Shown here piece by piece: positions 9,721-17,297 of a DNA stretch of 64,000 bases. A model generated the notes under the pieces. It worked only from the letters and a program-made list of their open reading frames with translations, was not told the origin of the DNA and searched no databases. Numbering within the stretch: the stretch's first letter is position 1; each line of letters starts with the position of its first letter. A program made the position numbers and the translations under genes. This DNA is from a virus (taxonomy: Duplodnaviria; Heunggongvirae; Uroviricota; Caudoviricetes): the IMG/VR virus record IMGVR_UViG_3300025133_000019; one strand, given 5' to 3'.

Positions 9721-10965
9721 ATGGTTAAAAAAAGCACTACCAAGTCTCCTGTTATAATAGATACTAACGTACTCTTAACAGATCCCTACATCTTAAATAA
9801 GTTCTCAAACAGAGAAATACTAATGCCTGTGGCGATTCTAAAAGAGCTGGACACCTTCAAGAAAGGGGCCTCTCTTATAAACAAGAACTCCAGAACAGTT
9901 ATAAGATTATTCGAGAAGATAAGAAAGACTCCTGTGGAACAAAGAAATGTTACATTCATGTCTGCCTCAGAGTACGACATAAAAAATCCTGTGGATGACA
10001 TAATTATAGAAATAGCCAAAAACCGGGGAGCTAAAATTATATCTAATGATATAAATGTAAGAGTCAGTGCTACTTGTGAAAATATAGACGCAGAAGATTA
10101 TAAACCACATAAAAATTTGGAAAGACACTCTCCCCAGTTATATAAAGGGCATACCCTACTCAGGAAAAACCCTTTTAGCAGACCTGAAAACTTGAGAAAG
10201 ACTCCTAATCACTATTTTGTATATGACGATGATAAGAACAACAAAAAAATATGTAAGTTTGTTAACGGAACTCTAAATCTTATAAAGTACCAGAGAATCC
10301 AACATATAGAAGGAATTGCCCCTTTAAATATATACCAGCAGATGGCTATGGACGCTCTGATGTCCCCTGAAATAGAAGTTGTTTCTTTAATAGGGAATGC
10401 TGGTACAGGTAAAACTTTGTTAGCTCTTGCTTGTGGTATTCAACAATGTAAATCATCATCCAACCCAAAATATTTAAGTGTATCAGTGGGACGAGCTATT
10501 GTTCCTATCGGAAGGGATATAGGAGCGCTGCCAGGAGACCTTGAAGATAAGATAAAACCTTATTTGTCTCCAGTATATGATAATTTAGAAGTTTTAGCAG
10601 AAGTAAACGGAGACCCTTACGATCAAACTTATTCAAATGATTTGTTTGACTCCCATATACTGTCTATCCAAGCTTTCTCTTTTATGAGAGGTAGAAGTAT
10701 AAGTAAGAAATACCTTATCATAGACGAAGCTCAAAACTTAACTCATCATGAAATTAAGACTATTGTAACTCGTGCTGGAAAAGGTACAAAGATAGTGTTT
10801 GTAGGTGACCCACAACAAATAGACATACCAGAATTAAATTCTGAAAATAACGGTTTAACTTACCTAACAGAAGCTTTCACGGGTCAAAAATGCTTTGCTA
10901 CCGTGACTCTAGAAAAAGTAGAGAGATCTGGATTAGCTGACTTGGCGGTAAAAATTCTAAAATAA
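9721..10965 (+). CDS. phoH: PhoH-family protein with N-terminal PIN domain (PhoH2/YlaK type)
   Basis: IIDTNVLL PIN motif; GNAGTGKT Walker A; GALPGDLEDK, RGRS, IIDEAQN, TRAG, GDPQQID. Confidence 0.92.
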   Translation: MVKKSTTKSPVIIDTNVLLTDPYILNKFSNREILMPVAILKELDTFKKGASLINKNSRTVIRLFEKIRKTPVEQRNVTFMSASEYDIKNPVDDIIIEIAKNRGAKIISNDINVRVSATCENIDAEDYKPHKNLERHSPQLYKGHTLLRKNPFSRPENLRKTPNHYFVYDDDKNNKKICKFVNGTLNLIKYQRIQHIEGIAPLNIYQQMAMDALMSPEIEVVSLIGNAGTGKTLLALACGIQQCKSSSNPKYLSVSVGRAIVPIGRDIGALPGDLEDKIKPYLSPVYDNLEVLAEVNGDPYDQTYSNDLFDSHILSIQAFSFMRGRSISKKYLIIDEAQNLTHHEIKTIVTRAGKGTKIVFVGDPQQIDIPELNSENNGLTYLTEAFTGQKCFATVTLEKVERSGLADLAVKILK

Positions 10966-10969
10966 AGTA

Positions 10970-10999
10970 TTGTGCATAAACACGTTACTGTGCTATATT
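10970..10999 (+). promoter_or_regulatory. sigma70-type promoter, extended -10
   Basis: TTGTGC-18 bp-TATATT with TGn. Confidence 0.4.
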
Positions 11000-11040
11000 T
11001 ATTCTGTTGACGTAAAACATTAAACAGGAGAAAGACGAGC

Positions 11041-11865
11041 ATGGCTTTAACATCTTTATCACAAAACCTTCTTCAAAGGGCTGGAGTACACACCTCCGCA
11101 CCAACAGAAGTAGTGACCCCCGAACCTGAAGTTGCTCCAGAGGTAGAGCAGCCCGTACAAGTGGAAGCCGTAACTCCGGCTTTTCAAGCTGTCTGTAATG
11201 ACAGAGATATTAACACTCAAGAAAATCTTACGACTTACGCTCTGAATTTGGAGAGGTATTCCGATAGTGGTAACTTCTTCACTCTAAGTTACAACGCAGA
11301 CCTAGGTTTTATCAGGATAGCTGTCACAGACGTTCCTGATAACGCAAAACAGATAGGAGCCACTCACAAAGTTAAGCTTAATAGCTTGATTAAAACATTT
11401 CTAGGTGTTACCGCTCCTTTTAACGCTCAGCAATACTGGTACAGCTCAAAACCAGTTGTAGACGTATTCTTTAGTCATGACAACTTCCCTTTGGTGGATG
11501 AAGTGGATTTGACTCTTGCTGATCTATCTACCCCAGGAGCTGTTTTAACAAGAGCTGCTAGAGGTTCTAAAAACACTTCGGTGAATCTGTTCTTAAGCTC
11601 TAAAATCACAGAACAACTCGTCAATCCTAATAGACCTTACGTAAGGGTTTATTACAACACAGCGTTACGATCTATGAAGCTAGAGACTTTGGTAGATGAA
11701 GCTCCGGGTTTGTACAACTTTTACTTGAATGCTTCCGAAGAGCTTGCGATTACAAGTATGCAAGTACCTAACAATATAGCTGAGACATTCTTTGTTAGTG
11801 ATGACTCAGTTACTTCACAGAGAGTGCAAAACCAAACTGCAACCTCTGTGGTCCTCTCCTTTTAA
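11041..11865 (+). CDS. hypothetical protein
   Basis: 274-aa ORF, AGGAG SD, own terminator. Confidence 0.75.
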   Translation: MALTSLSQNLLQRAGVHTSAPTEVVTPEPEVAPEVEQPVQVEAVTPAFQAVCNDRDINTQENLTTYALNLERYSDSGNFFTLSYNADLGFIRIAVTDVPDNAKQIGATHKVKLNSLIKTFLGVTAPFNAQQYWYSSKPVVDVFFSHDNFPLVDEVDLTLADLSTPGAVLTRAARGSKNTSVNLFLSSKITEQLVNPNRPYVRVYYNTALRSMKLETLVDEAPGLYNFYLNASEELAITSMQVPNNIAETFFVSDDSVTSQRVQNQTATSVVLSF

Positions 11866-11883
11866 CACCTACTACTCTCGCAC

Positions 11884-11912
11884 AAAAGCCTCAGATTCGT
11901 CTGGGGCTTTTT
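11884..11912. terminator. bidirectional intrinsic terminator
   Basis: AAAAGCCTCAGA-TTCG-TCTGGGGCTTTTT between convergent genes. Confidence 0.85.
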
Positions 11913-12472
11913 CATTCCTCCCAGAGATGGTCATCGTAATAATCAAAGTCATAGTCTACTAGATATCCTCTAGACCCACTCCAATCACTATACATATACT
12001 CATCTCTAGGATAATCCCAGAAAGTTGCCGGAGACCCAGAACCTTCTCCCTCTGGATAATCAGAACCGCTTTGTTGGTTGTCCCACTCTCTAAGCAGGGA
12101 GCTGTCTGGATCATTTAAATAGGTGTAATTAAGATTCTGCATGAATTTCTTTCTTCCGAAAGACACCATGTTTCCGGAAACCTCTATGCTAACTCGGTAT
12201 ACGCCTCTCCTTATAACACCTTTAAGGTCATTATAAGCAGCCTTTACAAGCATCTCTGATCCATTAAGTTGGTTTGCCAAGCTTTTTATATCAAAGGTTA
12301 GCAGATCTTCAGGGCTTAATACCCCGGATTGTAATAAAAGACGGTGCAAATAAATTTTTATAGTTTTAAATGTTTCTATGTCTTCTAGGGATTGGAGATA
12401 GATTATTTTTCCGAGATACCTTAAAACCTGGAGTTTAACAGTATCTTTATTTTGATCTCCGTAGTCGGCCAT
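11912..12472 (-). CDS. hypothetical protein
   Basis: 186-aa ORF coupled by TAATG overlap. Confidence 0.7.
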   Translation of the reverse strand: MADYGDQNKDTVKLQVLRYLGKIIYLQSLEDIETFKTIKIYLHRLLLQSGVLSPEDLLTFDIKSLANQLNGSEMLVKAAYNDLKGVIRRGVYRVSIEVSGNMVSFGRKKFMQNLNYTYLNDPDSSLLREWDNQQSGSDYPEGEGSGSPATFWDYPRDEYMYSDWSGSRGYLVDYDFDYYDDHLWEE

Positions 12473-13302
12473 TACTTAATTTTTTTGATAATCTGGTCCA
12501 TCTCTTCGCTGAATGGCCCATCGCTCTTGAGCTTCACGTAGTCCTCACGATAATATGATCCTAGTTCAGCTAAAAGATCATCAAACTTATCTTCCAAGTT
12601 TTCTCTACTCTCAACTTCTATATTTAAAGAATTTATAAGGAATCTATGAAATCTGTGATCCCCTTTTTTCATGGAAAAACTGGGGGGAGAATAATTATAA
12701 GCTGAGTCGGATATTCCAGCTTCTTCTAAGGCATGTTGAATATCTGTTTTTATATTAGCGTCCTCAAACATTATTAAAAGTCTTCCTATATTGTAATTTT
12801 GAGTTTCTTTTTCAGGCTCTACTTCTTCCATAGGAGCTGGCTCTTCCGTATCTTCTTCCCCGGAGCTTTCCTCTCCTTCACCAGGAAGCTCTTCGGTATC
12901 CCCAGATTCTTCTGAGGTATCTTTAACAGAATCCTCTCCATAAAATTCCCTCATTTCTTCTTCGGTCAAAGCGTTTTCATGGGTCTCGTACTCTTCTTCT
13001 TTAGGTTGATCGGCCTCTTCTGGAGCAGTTTCTTCGGTCATAGTCTTTTTAACTTCTTTAGCCAACATCACATTAACTGTCTCTAAAAGTTTTGAAGCTT
13101 GCTCCCCGGTTTTGGAAGACACAAACTTGTTTATAACTTCTTCAGGAGTAACGTCTGTTTTAGACAGTTCTTTGTTAAGGGTGTCCATATCTAAAAGAAA
13201 CACGTCTTCTAACCCATCTTGTCTAGGTTCGTAGTTAGCGTAAGGAGCTTGGTTCTGTATTAAAGTGGAATCATCTATTCTAGAAAGTTTAGGATTTTTC
13301 AT
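12472..13302 (-). CDS. acidic hypothetical protein
   Basis: 276-aa E-rich ORF. Confidence 0.7.
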   Translation of the reverse strand: MKNPKLSRIDDSTLIQNQAPYANYEPRQDGLEDVFLLDMDTLNKELSKTDVTPEEVINKFVSSKTGEQASKLLETVNVMLAKEVKKTMTEETAPEEADQPKEEEYETHENALTEEEMREFYGEDSVKDTSEESGDTEELPGEGEESSGEEDTEEPAPMEEVEPEKETQNYNIGRLLIMFEDANIKTDIQHALEEAGISDSAYNYSPPSFSMKKGDHRFHRFLINSLNIEVESRENLEDKFDDLLAELGSYYREDYVKLKSDGPFSEEMDQIIKKIK

Positions 13303-13573
13303 TTTTTATCTTCTTCTTCACAATAGTGGATGGTATAGAGCAATGAGGACAGCATTGTTCATTAATAAATTCTTGCCATAAAGTAGGTTTAGATAGAAAA
13401 GGCTCTAAGCAGAACTCACATTTAAACAGTTTAAATAGCTCTACTTTGGATTCCTTCTGTAAACCAAAGAAATCTTCGTGAAGCTCTATACTAGAAGTTG
13501 AGGTGGTATAGTCGTCTGTATTCTCGAAAGCAGTATCTTTTAGTAGTTCATCTATTTCAGCGTTAGTTAACAT
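13289..13573 (-). CDS. small zinc-ribbon protein
   Basis: CEFC...CPHC; GGAGG SD. Confidence 0.6.
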   Translation of the reverse strand: MLTNAEIDELLKDTAFENTDDYTTSTSSIELHEDFFGLQKESKVELFKLFKCEFCLEPFLSKPTLWQEFINEQCCPHCSIPSTIVKKKIKNEKS

Positions 13574-13575
13574 AA

Positions 13576-13977
13576 TTAGCCCCTCCAGAAATTAGGATCT
13601 CCGGCAGTGAACTTATAAATTTTCCTACCCAGGATAATCACATCCTTTTCAAAATGAATATCCGCTCTAATAATACCATAACTAACAGTAAGCTCTGTGG
13701 GAAACTTCCCTATTGTCTTAACAACTTTACCTTCTAACTCTTTTTTTAAGTCTTCTTCCTTAATATTAAGAAGCTTTATCCCGTTTTCTTTAAGGAATTG
13801 AGATAATAGTTTAGGTTTTATGGCGCTGGCAGGAGGGCGATAAAAGTCCTTTACCTTGTTTCCTGTGAAAGCTGTTCTAGAAAATCCCACATAAATAGCG
13901 GATAGAACATCCTTCATTTCTTTGTCTTTTGAGGAATATATTTTCAAAAAGTTGTTTACAGAATCTTGTAGCGCCAT
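13576..13977 (-). CDS. hypothetical protein
   Basis: 133-aa ORF, first gene of a leftward operon. Confidence 0.7.
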   Translation of the reverse strand: MALQDSVNNFLKIYSSKDKEMKDVLSAIYVGFSRTAFTGNKVKDFYRPPASAIKPKLLSQFLKENGIKLLNIKEEDLKKELEGKVVKTIGKFPTELTVSYGIIRADIHFEKDVIILGRKIYKFTAGDPNFWRG

Positions 13978-14059
13978 AAAATAACCTAGATAATAAAAAA
14001 CTAGTTTTCCTTTAAAACACGGATTTTAAGATTCCTTTATTCATGCGGGTTTGGATTAG

Positions 14060-14400
14060 GTTGGAGTATATATATAATATAAGTAACTATAATTTTAATA
14101 TAAAATTGAGTTTCTTATTATATAGAGATAAATAATATATTCTTTTCTTTCTTTAGAAAAGATAAATCTTTTCAATAAAAGTAATATATATCTATAATAT
14201 ATTATATAGATCAGAGAAGAATTTTAGAAAAAGATAAAACAAAAATTTTATTCGGAAAACTTCTTGTTCAAAAGAAAGAAGATCTAAACTCCTTATTCAG
14301 AAAAGTTTCCCAGTTTCTTATCTAGAAAAAGAAATAAAAGCTGTTTATCTAGGAAATTGTTCTTAAAGCTTATATTAAGCAAAATAGAGGGGGTAAAAAT
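14060..14400. other. AT-rich non-coding region with degenerate short repeats and palindromes; candidate replication origin
   Basis: No ORF; TTTAGAAAA(A)GATAAA x2, TTATTCRGAAAA x2, TTATCTAGRAAA x2; gene orientation diverges here. Confidence 0.45.
14068..14114 (+). repeat. 47-bp exact direct repeat, copy 1
   Basis: ATATATATAATATAAGTAACTATAATTTTAATATAAAATTGAGTTTC, identical to 14712-14758. Confidence 0.95.
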
Positions 14401-14539
14401 TTTTAGACAGCCCAACCTATTAAAAATCAGAGAAAACCTTGAGAATACCCTTTAATTTTGTTTAAACTGGGTTATCCTTGGTATGAATGGGGTTATTATT
14501 CTGGATTAACGCTAAGTAAAAGCAATTTAAATTCTTTTC

Positions 14540-14569
14540 TTGACTTTATTTTGTAAGGTGTGTTAGTAT
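14540..14569 (+). promoter_or_regulatory. sigma70 promoter with extended -10
   Basis: TTGACT-18 bp-TAGTAT with TGn; next start codon is more than 600 nt downstream. Confidence 0.6.
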
Positions 14570-14573
14570 AGTT

Positions 14574-15150
14574 GTGCTGATAACGCCTCCCTCTTGGACC
14601 AGCCAGCACTAAGCTCTGAGCCCTAGCATTATGACTAGGAGTGTACGAGCGGAAACAGGAGTTTGGGACTACCGCAAAGATCAGTCAGAACCACCAAAAA
14701 TAACAAGCAAAATATATATAATATAAGTAACTATAATTTTAATATAAAATTGAGTTTCAAAAATATCAGCTTAAAACAACGACAGGCAACCTAGATGGCC
14801 TCAGGTAAGCTAGTGAAGAATTTGGCCGGAGACCGACTCCAAAAAAACGTTAACATCAAGCGTCCTTGACTAAGACGTGTTTAGTATTAAGTCGCAGTTT
14901 AATAAAATTAAGACAATGTAGTATCCAATAGGGTATTCATGCAGATACACAAGCTGTCATAACAGGTTCGTGTTGACGCTGTATTCTAGAGGATATGTTG
15001 ATTGTTTTATAACAGAATCTTTATTGGTTAGGTTAGTCATACAATTTTTTCGTCAAGAGAATATTGTTTAGCTACGCTTATGTCATAAAGATTTAAAGAC
15101 ATTCAAATATTAACCTAAAGAGTACGAGTTTAGGCATTTTTCAGCGTTAT
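14574..15150 (+). ncRNA. candidate long structured ncRNA or structured leader, family unknown
   Basis: ORF-free, GC-richer than flanks, many stems (GTGCTG/CAGCAC, CCTAG/CTAGG, GGAG/CTCC, CGTC/GACG, TAAAACAA/TTGTTTTA), 5' ATAACGC can pair with 3' GCGTTAT. Confidence 0.5.
14712..14758 (+). repeat. 47-bp exact direct repeat, copy 2 (inside the candidate ncRNA)
   Basis: Identical to 14068-14114. Confidence 0.95.
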
Positions 15151-15210
15151 ACTCATTTATAATTCTTTGTTTTATTGTTTTAAATAGCATTGAAACAGGA
15201 GAGAATTTTT

Positions 15211-15486
15211 ATGGCTATATCAGGAATAGGAGCTAAAACTTTTTTTGAAGGGTTGAGCGACGGCAATTTGTTCTATATTCAACAGAGTGACGGAACAGTT
15301 TTAACTTGCTCCTTTAAAGAACTTAAGCCTAGTAACGCAGGTTTGGGATTTTCGGTTTATGGCGTAAGTATATTCCCCCACTCCGTTGATTACATGGTGA
15401 CCTATCTCAATTTGGACAGTATAGGGTCGAGTAATAGTCTTATAGTAGACATATCTGCCGACAAAAATTCTCTGTCTTTCTCTTAA
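15211..15486 (+). CDS. small protein paralogous to the N-terminus of the next gene
   Basis: AGGAG SD before ATG 15211; DGTV.C.F...G.SI.P.S.D..VTYLNLDS.GS shared with 15499. Confidence 0.75.
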   Translation: MAISGIGAKTFFEGLSDGNLFYIQQSDGTVLTCSFKELKPSNAGLGFSVYGVSIFPHSVDYMVTYLNLDSIGSSNSLIVDISADKNSLSFS

Positions 15487-15498
15487 GGAATTATAAAT

Positions 15499-16758
15499 AT
15501 GGCTATTACTAAATCACAGGCTGTTACATTTTTTACAAGTCGTACCAAAGGGGACGGATTTTGGGCGCAAAAGGCTGACGGAACCGTAGTTAGATGCGGA
15601 TTTTCCGTGTTTGACCCTGATGATGTAAACACTCCTACAACAGGTATTGTTACATTCGGCATAAGCATTTATCCTATATCTGCTGATTTTGAGGTTACGT
15701 ATCTCAATTTGGATAGTTTGGGGTCTGCGGATTCCGTTTTTATAGATTTCCAGTTAGACCTAGCTGACATTACCTTCTCTACTTTGTTTGGAGGGGGAGG
15801 TGCTTTAGCAACTTCCGTCAAAGCTCCCGTATTAGTAGCTACTACAGCTCTCTTAACGGCTACGGCTAGTGGATCTGGGGTTGGTAAAACGTTAACTGGA
15901 GATACTAGTGCTCTAACTATTGATGGAATTTTGTTAACTGTGGATAAGCGTGTTTTGGTAAAAGACCAAACCACTCTCAAAGATAACGGAATTTATACGT
16001 TAACACAACAAGGAAACGGAGTAGTTCCCTGGATACTAACAAGAGCTATTGATTTTGACGAGGAAGGGGAAGTTGTAGGAGGAGTTTCTGTAGCTATTCA
16101 AACAGGAACTGCTTTAGATGACACTTCTTGGGTTCTTTCTAATATAACGGGTACTGCTAGTATAGACACTGATGATTTAGTCTTTACCCTTTATCCAACT
16201 AAGATATTAGAGGATGTTAAATCCCAGGAAATAACTCTTTCGTTGTCTGGGCAAGCTACGTATGATTTTAGTGTTACAATGAATACTAGTTCACCAAAGA
16301 TATTGTCTACTCGATTGTTTTTATCAACAGTTGAATTAGGGTTTGATAAAAATGTGGATTTAACTTTTTATAGCTCAGTAGCTAGGAAGGGTTCCCAAGC
16401 TATCCAAAGATTTGAAGGGACTTTATCACAAGTAGAGACGGACGGAGCTGTGAGTATTAATGATACCTCAGTAACTGTTGATGATGTGCTATCTGTACAT
16501 CCGAATCAATTGTTATATAGTATACAATCCGCAGAGTTTATGCGAGTTTCTGGAGTAGATACTCCTAGTAAAGAATTGAGCCTTGAGGATGCTTTGGCAA
16601 GTGGTATTTCCACGGGAACCGGGCTTTCTAAAGTGATGGAAGTAGCAGGATTCTCTGTTTATGATGAGACCAACAACAATATGGTTTACATGAGAATTAA
16701 GTTTCCGGAAGTAGTTACAGAAGACTTTAAACTAGTAATGGTTTACACGGAGTTTTAA
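15499..16758 (+). CDS. virion fibre/structural protein
   Basis: VATTA...TIDG...RVLVKDQT...NGIY...W.LTR module typical of phage tail-fibre-related proteins. Confidence 0.75.
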   Translation: MAITKSQAVTFFTSRTKGDGFWAQKADGTVVRCGFSVFDPDDVNTPTTGIVTFGISIYPISADFEVTYLNLDSLGSADSVFIDFQLDLADITFSTLFGGGGALATSVKAPVLVATTALLTATASGSGVGKTLTGDTSALTIDGILLTVDKRVLVKDQTTLKDNGIYTLTQQGNGVVPWILTRAIDFDEEGEVVGGVSVAIQTGTALDDTSWVLSNITGTASIDTDDLVFTLYPTKILEDVKSQEITLSLSGQATYDFSVTMNTSSPKILSTRLFLSTVELGFDKNVDLTFYSSVARKGSQAIQRFEGTLSQVETDGAVSINDTSVTVDDVLSVHPNQLLYSIQSAEFMRVSGVDTPSKELSLEDALASGISTGTGLSKVMEVAGFSVYDETNNNMVYMRIKFPEVVTEDFKLVMVYTEF

Positions 16759-17234
16759 TGAAATTTGATTTACCTGAAAAAACATCTGAAAAGGTGGAAC
16801 GGCTTTTAAACAGTATTTCTGAGTCCAGAAATTCTTTGTACGAAAAAACAAAGAGTGTAGTAAAGCTGAAAGATAATATATTTGCTATCAACAAGACTCT
16901 AGAGGAAATGCTAGAAAACAAAAAAGAGACTGATGATTTTATTAAGAACAAGGAAGTTGAGCTTTCTTTGGTGGTGACAGAGTTTGTTAGATCTATTATT
17001 GAAACCGTGGTAGAGCAAGATTTTATAGCACCAGAAATAAAAGAGAAGCTGAAAGCAAAGATATTAGAGGCTGTGACTACAGGAAAATATGACGTTTCTT
17101 TGACAACCGGGAAGATTAGGATAGACGGTTTGGATAAAGAGACTGAGGAATTACTGACCGAACCAGAAGAGGATTTCCCCGAGTTTGAGCTTCACCAAGA
17201 AGATTCTTGGGTTGAGCTAAAAAACACAGAGTAG
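16758..17234 (+). CDS. coiled-coil hypothetical protein
   Basis: TAATG coupling; 158 aa. Confidence 0.7.
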   Translation: MKFDLPEKTSEKVERLLNSISESRNSLYEKTKSVVKLKDNIFAINKTLEEMLENKKETDDFIKNKEVELSLVVTEFVRSIIETVVEQDFIAPEIKEKLKAKILEAVTTGKYDVSLTTGKIRIDGLDKETEELLTEPEEDFPEFELHQEDSWVELKNTE

Positions 17235-17297
17235 ATTTTTAGTTATTTTGTTTGTGTTTGTAAATAGCATTAATATTATAACATAAAATTTATTCCT

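Noticed and set aside
14068-14758. CRISPR array from the 47-bp repeat
   Set aside because: Only two copies, 644 bp apart, with no spacer periodicity and no cas genes
14574-15150. tmRNA/tRNA (CCACCA at about 14691, GGTTCG at about 14965), RNase P or self-splicing intron
   Set aside because: No T-arm before CCACCA, no acceptor stem, and no RNase P P4 or intron core motifs recognisable
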